NCBI GenBank assembly: GCA_030704615.1
Contig: CM060732.1
Coordinates: 63,426,001-63,490,000, forward strand
Source: Takakia lepidozioides
Lineage: Eukaryota; Plantae; Bryophyta
Length of the DNA stretch: 64,000 bases
Direction of reading: 5' to 3'
In this document: positions 1-11,400 of the stretch, piece by piece
How the letters are laid out: every line of letters starts with the position of its first letter
How positions within the stretch are numbered: position 1 is the stretch's first letter
The notes under the pieces: generated by a model
Told to the model about the DNA's origin: nothing
Database searches by the model: none
The model's input: only the letters and a program-made list of their open reading frames with translations
Translations under genes and position numbers: made by a program

Positions 1-117
1 GACGTTGAATGTACCATTGAAGACATGTCAAATAGGAGAATCAAAAGAGCATTCATTGCGAGCCTCGCCTCACCTCTGATCTACCATATATAAATGAGCC
101 GCATAGCTTTGGAAGCT

Positions 118-538
118 TGTAAGCCCCATATTTGCTTAGCCTAGAAATGGCCCGTTTCATCCAAAACGGCCATACCCATCCATAGTATATTTTTTTGGCG
201 TATAAAGCCGTTAAACCGTTACAATGATATCTAGGTTAGGGTTAGTTTTGGCTGATGGCTCGATCCTGGCCCTTCATCAGATCCAGGGCTACAAGGCGGC
301 CATGGGCTTTGGCTTATGACGCCTCGCCACGCAGCGGGCCTGACACAAGGTCAGGCCGGTGTACTCGGGTGTTAGTGTATATGTGATTTTGGTGTACAAG
401 CTTTGGATGAGAGCCGCTTTGTCTCAGATCCGTGTGTTTGATCCTCCTCTCATCTGTTGTTTGCTCTTTCCGCTCGCCCCTTTGTTGTGCAACCTTGCTT
501 CTTGAGAGGAAAGGAGTATATACTTCAGGCTTGTTTTA
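118..538 (+). repeat. 5' long terminal repeat segment (B)
   Basis: Roughly 90-93% identical by eye to 6461-6919. Lacks a 35-bp block present in the 3' copy. Ends ...CTTGTTTTA directly before the PBS. Confidence 0.93.
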
Positions 539-554
539 TGGTGGAATCGTCGGG
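539..554 (+). promoter_or_regulatory. Primer binding site (tRNA 3'-end complement, Ala-like)
   Basis: TGGTGGAATCGTCGGG immediately after the 5' repeat. TGG is the complement of CCA, and TGGTGGA is complementary to the UCCACCA end of tRNA-Ala. Confidence 0.7.
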
Positions 555-1719
555 TACCATAGGCGTTGGTGGATCTTGCCCGCGCTGTCAGGGTTAGTTA
601 GGTCTTTTTCACGGGATCTGTTCTACATCCTGCTGCCTAAGTGGTTCGGTAATACGTATGATCAATGGCGGCTCCTCGCCTTGCCATATTTTCTCCTGCT
701 GTTGCAATATTGTCATCTCATGATGCGCGTTGGGGTGTGATTGCAAGGGATGGCTGCCGTTTCGTGACTTGTCTTGTGTAGCTCGCAGAAAGAGGGAAAG
801 CCTCTTTCTTCAGATTAGTGTGGCGCTTACTGTTGAAGCTAATCCTAGTGTGGAGATTGACCCTGCTACCACTTCTTATTATGCTGGTGTTGTTATTGTT
901 ACTCCTCCGGTTGTTGAAGCCACTGTTTTGCTAAGTTCTCTTCCAAGACTTACCAGCCTGGAGAATCCTTGTGGCAGTTTTACATAGACATCAAGTCTGC
1001 TGCTGTTGAGAACATTATTGCCCAGCAGAAAGAGATCGCATGGTCAAAAGGTATTTTCTCCTTGGCTTGCCCCCTGCTATTCAAAATTGGGCTCAGCTTC
1101 ATCATTTTATCAATGACAAAACCATGTTAGCAGAAATTAACCTTAAGATGGCAGACTTGGCTGACAGCAAATCAACGCAACATCATGCCAAATTTCAAGC
1201 TCTAATGGGCTCCGAGCTTGGCATGGCTGCAACATCTGTGTCGTATGTTCCTCCTGCTATGCATTGTAAGACATATGACTTCACCCTTCAAGGATTGACA
1301 GCACAGTAGGCAGTCTTAATGAGTCTGTAGCCATTTAATTTGCTGCAATGCAAGCCCACCAACAGCGTAATTGGTAGCCTCGTCAGGCACAAGGGCCAAC
1401 AAGTGGCAATAATAGGGGTCGCACCCAAACTGGGCAAGCATGTGAAGGTAATCGTGCTGCATGTTACATCTATGGATCTTTTGAGCACTAGACTAAGCAT
1501 TGTCCAGACAGGGCAGACTTACCAGAGCTAATCAAGAATAGGAAAGTTGCTAGTGGTTCTTCCCCTCCTTTCAACTAGAGAGATACCAACCCTACCTCTC
1601 TTATACCAGTTCAAGCTGTTTTATCTACTAATTTCAAGGCCTTGCATTGTCCTCTCAGCAGAAGGGTTGCTGACCAACAAATCAGACCCCTTATGGCTCA
1701 GTGCCACATCCATGAACTA

Positions 1720-2015
1720 AGCTTTCCCTGCGTGATTGATACATGATGCACCATATCTGCTATCCCTCTGAATGTAGTAAGAGTCTTTGGTGCTCTGCTT
1801 CAGGAATTGAGGTTCCGATTGCTGATGGGTCAAGATATGAGCCTCTGGGATTAGTTACTGTGCCCATCAAGATTCACAAGAAAGAGGTGGTGGTGACCTG
1901 CATAGTTACAATTGGGGAACAATTCCTGCTAGGCCTTGACTGGATGACTGGAGCTGGTGCCACCATCAGCCTGACAGACTATTCCCTTCGCTTTAGCAAT
2001 GGTGAGGTGGCATGA
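1720..2015 (+). pseudogene. Retrotransposon aspartic protease remnant
   Basis: VIDT* (degenerate IDTG) at ~1732-1746, IADGS flap and LLGLDW motif in ORF 1743-2015. Confidence 0.85.
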
Positions 2016-2239
2016 AATCGTGGTTCCTTTGAAAGCAATGAAAATCAAGGCTGGGTCTGCTACAGCCAATCTTTCCAGAGTCCAAGCCATGGTCAAAGAG
2101 GTACAACAAAACTCTCACTCCACCCTCAATTAGAATGATTTTTACAAGTTTCAGCCTGATCTTCAACTCTTATATCAATGGCATGTTCCTAGTACTGGTG
2201 GTAAAACAGGGATGCCCATAGCTATTCCAAGGAATTCTA

Positions 2240-2830
2240 CCCTGATTTGTGCACCTCTCAATATAACCATCCCTGCCATGACCTAGAAAGTGGTCAAATC
2301 TGGCATGGCCTTCCTCTGTCCAGCTGCTCTTTTCCTGGAAGTTGAAGGCTGGAGGAGATTGACTGCCATTAGCAAAATTGCAACATCATAAATTGTAACA
2401 TCAATTGTGTACACACTGATATGAAACATACTTCTTTTTCAACCATATGACTGTGTTAATGAAATCATCATAAACACATGAGCTCTACTTCTACAAAAGA
2501 ATAGAAGGAAGGGAGCTAGGGTATCTCAGATTTGCAGCACCTGAATGCCAGCAATATTTTAGACTGATGTACAATGCAGTTTGGAAAAATGTAAGCATCA
2601 AGTATTGCTGCTTAATTTTCCAGTTCTGCTATGTACCTTAAGCTATAGTAGCAGCAAGTAATGGTTTGGGAAGAAGTTATACCGAAAGTTCTCAAACAAG
2701 GCTAGTCGCCACAGGTGTTCTAGATAGGGGATATAGGCAAGAAGTCAAGATTCTAATTGTTAACCCTGAGCGTTTCTCTGTGACCATTAAGAAAGGGCAG
2801 GTCCTGGCTCGCATCACTGCCTTACCCATT
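2240..2830 (+). pseudogene. dUTPase-like domain in pol, interrupted by a ~330-bp insertion
   Basis: N-half reads LICAPLNITIPAMT*KVVKSGMAFLCPAALFLEVEG (~2242-2350). C-half reads ATGVLDRGYRQEVKILIVN...VTIKKGQVLARI (ORF 2666-2944), matching dUTPase motif III (GxxDxxYRGE) and the motif IV region. Confidence 0.75.
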
Positions 2831-3029
2831 TCTGAAATACAAGAGGTGCAAGCTGGCTTTGGACTAGAGGCCATAGGCATACAACATGGCCCCTTGGATG
2901 CTGTTGCTGCCTTTTGCTGCAATTGCACCACCACTTGTTCCTGATCTCAGTCATGAAGGTAAGAAAGCCCTCGCCAAAGTGCTGTCTGAAATCAAGTTGG
3001 GTACCACGGCAAAGAAAGAGAGTTGAGAT

Positions 3030-4370
3030 GTTTATTGCAAAAAATCTAGATGACTTCAGCTTGGGGTCCACTGATTTAGGACGCACTCCCATCATTCAAC
3101 ATGACATTGTTACAGAAAGACCTCCTATCAAACAATTTGCTTACCGAGAGAGTGTCAAAGAACGTGCTATAGTCCAAGAGGAAGTCTAGAAAATGCTTGA
3201 TGCTGGTGTGATTAAGCCATCAGTTTCTCCTTGGGCTAGTCCTATTGTCCTGGTTGGAAAGAAAGATGGCACCACCCGCTTTTGTGTTGACTTCAGGAAA
3301 CTGAATGACATCACTAAAAAAGATGCCTACCCTCTGCCTAGGATCAATGAGACCTTGGATCAATTGCATGGTGCTACAATTTTCTCATCTCTTGATCTTG
3401 CATCTGGTTTTTGGCAAGTTCCTCTCACTGAAGCAGCCAAAGAAAAGACCTCGTTTGTGTGTCGCATAGGCAAATACCAATATGAGACCATGCCCTTTGG
3501 TTTATGCAATGCCACCTCCACCTTCAAACGCCTCATGGACATTGTCTTGGAAAATCTTCGTTGGGAATGTGCCTTAATTTATGTAGATGATATCAATGTG
3601 TATTCAACCAGTTTTGATACCTACTTGACTGACCTGCAGCGTGTGTTCAGCAAATTACGTACTGCAGGCCTCAAAGTAAAGCCAAAGAAGTGTGAACTAT
3701 TCATGCCTGAGCTACACTTTCTTGCATATCCTCTCCAAAGATGGTTTGCTTCCTGATCCTGCCAAGCTTGAGTCTTTTTGGGGCTTTCCTATTCCCTAGG
3801 ATAAACATTGTATCAAATCCTTCCTTGGTCTGGCTTTTTATTATAGACGCTTCATTAAGAACTTTGCCAAGCTTGCCCACCCTCTAACCAAGGTGTTGTG
3901 CAAAGATGCCAGGTTTGAATGGACCTTCTCCCATCAAGCTGCCTTTGACACCCTTCGCAAGGCTTTGTGTTCGGCTCCCATACTGATGTTTCCCAACTTT
4001 GAATTGCATTTCTTGCTTCAGACTGATACATTAGATGTTGCCATCTCTGCAATCTTATGTCAAGTAAGAGAAGGTAATGATCATGTAATAGCTTATGCAT
4101 CTCGCCGTCTTGATCGTCACGAAATGAACTATTTCATATCTGATAAGGAGGGTCTGGCCTTAGTATTTGGTGTGAAGCATTACAGACAATATTTGCATGG
4201 TAGCGGATTTGTGGTGGAAACTAATCATCTTCCACTTAAAGTGCTTATGAAGCCAAGAAAACTTCATGACAGACTTGCTAGATGGGCTATGTACTTGCAG
4301 GAATTTGACATGGATATAGTCTACAAGAAAGACAAGGAGAACACAAATGTTGATGCACTCACACGGGTGG
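3030..4370 (+). pseudogene. Reverse transcriptase and RNase H (frameshifted)
   Basis: SPWASPIVLV, RFCVDFRKLN, LDLASGFWQ, MPFGL and YVDD in ORF 3193-3756. RNase H TD(T), KEGLA, T(N)H and NVDALTR in ORF 3893-4552. Confidence 0.95.
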
Positions 4371-4846
4371 ATCCTCCTGTCAGCAGGCCTATGCTCACCT
4401 TGGATGACCTTGATGCTGCTGATGCAGCCCCTCTTCCTGATCCTGCCCCTCTTCTCAACCTTCTGTGTGCAGATCAGTACCCATTGGCCTTGGATTCACA
4501 TGACATATTGGTTGCTTGGGGCTGGTCTAGCCTTCTCGATGATCCTGGTTGATTTATTCGTGTGTTAGTATGTGTGGTGGATCTATCGCTTAGTGAGAAT
4601 TCGGATAGTTTGATAGCAGTTCTTTGTTATATTTCAGCTCTTCTATTTCTTAGGCCCCCCGAGTTTGTTGTAATTCAGCTGCTGCACTCCGGTGTGACTA
4701 TTGGCTTGAGCCTCAAGGCCTGATTTGGCTGTTCATGAGTAGTAACAAATGAGATAAAGGTATCCCTGACTGGAGATCATAGGTGCAGGCACTCCAGACC
4801 ACCTTCTTTAAAATCCATTGTCTACCTCTTACGTGCAGTGCAGTCA

Positions 4847-6090
4847 TGGATGATCAGCTACATGTTGCGCTACTCCAGCAATGCCAATCAGGGCGTTCGT
4901 CAGCTGGCCTTTCCGAGTCCTGGCGTAAACAAATTCTCTATCATGTATCTACTCACCGTTTTATGGGTGATAAGCTTTTCAAGGAGCTCACTAGAGGGGG
5001 AGTGCCATGCTACCTGGAGGTGCCACCACGGAGCCAGCTGAATGCTTTATTGGAGCGTTTCCATTGTTCCTTGTATGTAGGTCGCCTTGGTATCAAGAAA
5101 ACTGTGGCCCGCATCCAAGAGGTATACTATTGGCTGGGAATTCACCGAGACGTCACCGAGTTCATCTCTAAGTATGAAGGTTGTCGTGCTAACATTGCTC
5201 TCCCTAGGGCCCGGATCTTGTATGAGCTGCAGCCTTTGCCTGTTACCCATGCTTTTGCTCGTGTTGGCATTGACTTAGTAGGACCCCTCGCACTCACATC
5301 AAAGGGTCGAAGCTACCTTTTGTGTTTTGCTACCGACTATTTGACTAAGTGCGTAGAAGTCCGGCCTTTGCGTTCCAAGGTTAGTGATGCTGTAGCTCAG
5401 TTCTTCTTCAATGAGGTCTTTATGCGGCATGGGTGTCATAGGGAGATTCTAACGGCTCAAGGCAAGGAGTTTTGTAACCAGCTCCTCACGGTGATTTGCT
5501 TCAACTTCGGTGTTAAGCATTCCACCACCGCCCCATACCATCCCCATACCAATGGCCTCACGAAACGCTTCAACCAAACTCTTTGCCGAATGTTGGAGAA
5601 GAATGGCACACTTACCAGGGAGTGGGGTACATTTCTTCCCCCTATTCTCTTTGCTTATCGCACCGATGTGCATGCTAACACCAAGAAGACTCCTTTTGAG
5701 TTGCTGTATGGTCACAAGTGTGTCTCAACTTTGCATTCTACCCCTCTTATCTCTACTGTTGCTGATCCGGTTGATCTTGAGACCTTTGTTGAGGATCTTC
5801 ATGCTCGGCATGCGGTGTCTATCCATGATGCCAAGACGAACATTGGTAAGGCTCAGCTTACCCAGGCCCGTAATTTTAACAAGCGTGTCAAGTATTCTAA
5901 CATGTTTCAGGTAGGACAGACCGTGCGCGTTCGATTATAGCATGGCAAGCATGCATGCAAATCTAAGCTCAAGATCGACGGTCCATACTTGATCTATCAG
6001 ATTTTACGTGGGCGACGTGCTCTCGTTATTCCACAAGGCTCTAATACTGAAGTGCGGGATGAACTTGTTTCCTTGACAGACTTGGTGCAT
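4847..6090 (+). pseudogene. DDE integrase (catalytically decayed)
   Basis: ORF 4783-5940 has GIDLVGPL, LT(A)QGKEF and NGLT(K)RFN: the second D and the E are substituted. The HHCC zinc finger is degenerate (H..GR..YEGC). A GPY-like motif follows the stop. Confidence 0.93.
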
Positions 6091-6448
6091 TCCGAGCTAG
6101 TTTTTGATCTTATATAATGTGGAGGGGCGCACGGTGGGGTGATGTCTTGATCTTCTTAGCCGATCTACTTCAGCTTGATCCTCTTCTTTTCTCAGCGACT
6201 TAGTCTTAGTTTGCGGATGGTGACTCTTGGGGTCGTAGGACTTGACCTCTCTAGGACTTCAAACATTTAGTTTCATTTCATATCACCATCTGTACTCCCT
6301 GCACGGTTTTCCTAGCCAAGGGTTTTGTCCTCGGCCCAACTTGCGGGTGCCAGGTTTTTCCTTAGTAGGTTTTTCACCCAGCAGTGGAGGGTGATATTTC
6401 TCTATTATTTGTTTTCCTTCGCGGAGCTCAAGATTTTTCGTGGGGGGT

Positions 6449-6929
6449 AGGCTTCACAGATGTAAAGCCCCATATTTGCTTAGCCTAGAAATGGCCTGTT
6501 TCATCCAAAACGGCGATACACATCCATAGTATATTTTTTTGGCATGTAAAGCCGTTAAACCGTTACAATGATATCTAGGTTAGGGTTAGTTTTGGCTGGT
6601 GGCTCCATCCTGGCCCTTCATCAGATCCAGCGCTACAAGGCGACGCTGTGGGCTTTGGCTTGTGACGCCTTGCCATGCGGCGGGCCACTAAAGCTAGGGC
6701 TTTTGTATAAAGACGGCGCCCTGACACAAGGTCAGGGCGGTGTATTCGGATGTTAGTATATATGTGATTTTGGTGTATAAGCTTTGGATGAGAGCTACTT
6801 TGTGTCAGATCCGTGTGTTTGATCCTCCTCTCGCGCGTTGTTTGCTCTTTCCGCTCGCCCCTTTGTTGTGCAACCTTGCTTCTTGAGAGGAAAAGAGTAT
6901 ATGCTTCAGGCTTGTTTTAAGGCTTCACA
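6449..6929 (+). repeat. 3' repeat block A-ga-B-A
   Basis: AGGCTTCACA (6449-6458), GA, B copy (6461-6919, with TATAAA at 6706-6711), then a second AGGCTTCACA (6920-6929). Confidence 0.92.
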
Positions 6930-7181
6930 AGCTATCTGCGCAATCTTGCAAACACTAATGCGTGGGATGCAGATCCTACAAAACGGATGCCTACAAAGTA
7001 TATTACATCCAATCCTTGAATGATTGAACTTCACAACAAACATCTTCAAAGTCACCTAGCTGTTTGCTGGCCAGTCTAAACAACACAATACATATGCCAA
7101 AGAAGTTAGCCAAACCGGTAGCAAGATACCATCCACCTTTAGATGATGTTCAAGTATGACCTTTCAGCTGTCATTCCAAGG

Positions 7182-7654
7182 GCTGGGCTAACAGAGCGAG
7201 TTTTTCCTCTAGAAAAGGAGGAAATTCTGGGCAAAGCCCTCTTGTTACAATCAAATCCTTGTATCAGGAACCAAGGATCCCCAAAAACCAAATGATCAAT
7301 AGCAACTTAGAAACTGTCATTCAAATTCAAATTCAAGTGATTAACAGATTCGGGAAATGTGCATATTTGTGAAAACAACATGCCATGATCTACCCCCAGT
7401 TCACTGAAACTGTAGATGAATCACAGTTTACCGGGATGGCAGTTTTGGGGTGATTTCGGCTAAGATCACACACTTTGAAAGAACAACAGCTACCGGAAGT
7501 CACAACCAAATACTCAAAACAAGTGTATTTTCAGAAACTAAAGGGGAAAAGTAGGCATACCGCTGTACAACTCCAATTGCTGCCTGCAAGGGGCTTAGGC
7601 CAGCATATGGTACCCCTCCTGTCAACACATCCCTACCAACATGATGGTAGCTGT
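7182..7654 (-). pseudogene. Duplicated fragment of the STY kinase gene (exon 11, intron, part of exon 12)
   Basis: Collinear and highly similar to 16457-16933, including intron sequence. Encodes [24 protein letters not shown] / [22 protein letters not shown]. Confidence 0.9.
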
Positions 7655-8464
7655 GAGTGGCCATGTGAAGATGAACTGAATGGTCCTCTGCCAGGTACAA
7701 ACTCACTTCGCCCAGGCGATGAACTGGATGGACCTACCGTTTGGCAGCTACAAACGGCTTGCGGATGGTCCCCGATGGTCTTCTGGCAGGTACAAAATGA
7801 TTTGTAACCAAACATGCACATACGGTATGCTTCTGCAATCTTTGTAATTTTATTTGCTGTAACGTTACGCAATGGACGTGAGAGGGAACCTCGCCGTCGC
7901 GGGAGGGGGCGGGTGGGGTCACGCGCACGGGGTGGCGCTTGTGATGTATAGACGCATTGTATTAATAGATAGTTGGATGTGAAACAGGACAATGTGGTAC
8001 ATCGAGATAGAGTTGACTGCAGAAGACTGAAAAGGTCCACCATTCCAACAATCCATAGGAGAAGAATCTGCAGTTCCAGCCAAAGCTTGTATACATTTAC
8101 TTCCACATACCCCCCCTCTCAAATCAATAGAGGAGGATATGAGGATTTCAAGATTGTGAAGCTATGAACCTCCATATAATTCAAACTGTCCGAATGTCTA
8201 CCAAAGTACAAATGCTCGTTTCTGACTGCAAACTTCAAGCAAAGCAACAAAAAACGTTTCCTTAAAAGAATGTGTCTACTGACAGCTTTCAAAGCTCACT
8301 TTATTGCTAGGAAAGCTTGTTAATGCAGCGCTAAAGAACAGTGTTTGATTTACAGTTACTTGGAGGTAGTGGAGTACATATGCTTGAGTTTCCAGTTTTC
8401 AAGAGGCATTTGTGCTTATCAAGCAACAAACCATGGAATGGAGGCATGCTTGGCAACTAACAAG

Positions 8465-11400
8465 CTAGTTAAGTGCAAAAGCCTCAAGCGGGCTGGATTT
8501 GCTGTTACCCGCTTCTTGCTGATGCGATTCTAACTCTCGGATATGACCTGTGTATTCGTCCCATGTGAAGGGCCGATACTTTTGTGGATGATCAGCATCG
8601 ACAAGCTCGGCAGGAGCAGAAATCTGTGTCTCGGACGCAACTGAACAGAAGAAGATCATTGAGATCCGTGACTCTTTTTCATTCAGGACTGCTCTGTGCT
8701 GCACGCTTCTGAACCGACCGTTGCTCCAAGCCTACAGATCCATGGTTGAGTGGAAGAGCAGTCCCAGGGTCATCATCAGAAAATAGAAATTGGATATTGT
8801 CTTCAGGCCGCCCGCACATTGGGCATTTACAATCTCACTTTCCTCTCTGCATCTGTTTTTTGTTCAAGGTAGACTACCCACCCCGAGCTCAAATTTCAGT
8901 CTAGTGCCAAGGGTAGGTAGGCACTTCAGGTCATCCTTAAGCCCGAGTCACAGACTGGAACCAAGTTCAGAGAGGTTTTATGCCTGACTTCATTTTGTTT
9001 GGACATTCTGTGTGCTTCCAACACACTCCTTAGACAATTCAGCCTCCAACTCAGCTTCTCCAGCAGGGTCAGTTCCTGCCTGATGTCCAGGTACTTAAAA
9101 TCTCCTCTACCCTTTTCCGCTTGATAGTCCAGCACTAGATAAACAATACTACCACATCAATTTCAGCCTCCCATTTTCAGGTTTCCTAATTCTGACAGAG
9201 GGCATTGGCTACAGTAGACCAGCCAAAAGAGCAAAGTACATTGACCGGATCATGTAGACGGTGTACACATATACCCCAGTATGCTGCTGCTACAGGGCCT
9301 GGCACAGTATATGAGAGATTAATTCGCTATCAGATGTCATGTTGGTTCACTAGGAACCTTCATGGACGTACCATTCTCCTTTTCTTCACAGACCATGTAG
9401 TAGCAGATAGTGCAAGGCACAAAGTCCTAATTCCACTTTGGCATAAGGAAGGATAATCCAAAATAGACTATCAAATTCCTCCCAAGAGAAAGATAAGAAA
9501 TAGATATATGCTGCTTTCAGAAGTATCAGAGAGATTGTACTCATAAGATGTTGTTTGCTGTAGCCTTGTGGCCATTGACCCCGCGCCCAGTTTGAGCGGG
9601 AACAAAAGGGACAGAACCTACCTCTGTCAGGGGCTGACGTTGGTAGTAAGACTTACCTCCATATAAAGAATTAATCCGGGTTTTCCAGATATCCTCTAGA
9701 AATCCCTTCACACAAGCATCAATCTGCTGTGTGTGATTTGCCCAAAAACTAGGCCTCAGGAGGGCCTGGGCTTTTGGCTCAGCCTCGAGACTTTCAAAGT
9801 TGGTAAACAGGGGTACAGGCACAATTCCCTTAATAGATTTGAAGAGAGCGTCTCTTTGGTGAGAGAACCCCGGACTGTATCAGAAAATGAATACTGTCTT
9901 CAGATTGCCCACACAACGGGCAATTGCACTCTCCCTTTCCTCTCTGCTTCTGTTTGCTGTTCAAAGGTAGGCTTCCTGCCCTGAGTTTAAATTTCAGTCT
10001 AGTGCTGAGAGTGGGTAGACTCTTGAGGTCATCCAAGAGAGAGAGAGAGAGAGAGAGAGTGTGTGTGTTTGTGTACGTGTGTACTCATAAGACTGTTTGC
10101 CGTGGCCATAGACCCCGTCCCCAGAACAAGAGGGAACAGACACTACCTTTGTGAGGGGCTCACTCCAGTGGTGGGACTTACCTTGATATATCCAATTGGT
10201 TCGGGCTTTCCAGATTTCCTCTAGAAAGCCCTTCACACAAGCATCAGTCTGCTGTGTGTGATCTGCCAACAGTTACACCCCAACAGGACCAGGGCTTTAG
10301 GCTCAGCCTCCAGATTTTGAAAGTTAGTGAACATAGGTGCAGGGACTATGTTCTTGATTGATGGTCCTGAAGACGGTCGGTCTCTGATGAGAATACCCTG
10401 GACATTGTCTTCAGGCCGAGGGGATGCGCTAATATCATTATTCGGAAACCACATCCCATGATCCTCATCTAAGGTGTCCATGTAGTTCACCATGCACCCC
10501 AGAAAGGTTCATGAATGTGTCTACTTCCCAAGTCAGTTAACCCACAGTAAATAGATCGGTAAAATCATAGAGAGACAGAGAGACGAACCTGCAGAGTATC
10601 ACCAACATTGATAACAAGGCCATCAACACGAGGCTTTACAGTTACCCATGTACCATCTTTTCCCATTATTTGGAGGCCTCCAACATGATCTTGGTGCAGT
10701 ATTGTGAGCATGAAAGTATCAGTGTGGACACCGACGCCAAGCGTCTTTGAGGGTTGTAGGCATGGTGGGTAGCTGGTGAAGCGTGCCAGGGACTCATTTC
10801 CTTTCTTAAAAGGTTTGGTGAAGGTTGTGTGGTTTAACCCAAGACCTTCAGCGCAGAGTTCCAAAATTTGCATGGAGAGATTTTCTGTGGCCTTGAAGTA
10901 CGCTTCCACGCATGTGCTAACACAAACAAAGGGGTTGAAAAATGTTAAGAAAAGAAAGAGGGAACTTTATAGCATGGAAAATCCAACAGACTGTGGGACA
11001 AAATATATAACAAACAAAGAACTAGAAAAACCACACTAAATTGCTGCACATAGATGGAGCACCTCTTGGAGGTGGGTCGGTGTGGGTGGGTGTATGTGTG
11101 AGGGTGAGAATAAAATGTACTCATGAGATGTTTGAGTGGCCTTGTGGCCATAGACCCCCCACCCAGTTTGGACGGAACAAGAGGGAATTAACACTACCTT
11201 TGTGAGGGGCTCACTCCAGTAGTGGAGACTTACAATGGTATAAATAATTGGTTCAGGCTTTCCAGATTTCCTCTAGAAAGCCTTTCACACAAGCATCAAT
11301 CAGCTGTGTTTGAGTTGCCCAGAAATTAGACCCCTAGAGGGCCAGATAGGCTCAGCCTCCAGATTTTGAAAGTTGGTGCACAGAGGTGCATAAGACTATG

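Larger units (their letters stand above)
118..6929 (+). mobile_element. Degenerate Ty3/Gypsy LTR retrotransposon (gag remnant-PR-dUTPase-RT-RNaseH-IN) with split terminal repeats
   Basis: Begins TGTAAGCC (118) and ends GGCTTCACA (6929), imperfect inverted termini. AGCT lies on both sides (114-117, 6930-6933; 4-bp TSD). Long direct repeats at 118-538 and 6461-6919. PBS-like TGGTGG at 539; G-rich PPT at 6440-6448. Domain order PR-RT-RH-IN is Gypsy-type. Many stops and frameshifts. Confidence 0.95.

Noticed and set aside
70-117. Joining the Gypsy flanks recreates a possible 46-nt minus-strand exon (cag|ATAGCT...CAGAG|gtgagg)
   Set aside because: The splice-like signals could be chance. The peptide is unrecognised and any remainder of a gene would lie outside the window.
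4390-4840. Possible extra domain (archaeal-type RNase H or methyltransferase) between RNase H and integrase
   Set aside because: No diagnostic motif is readable in any frame.
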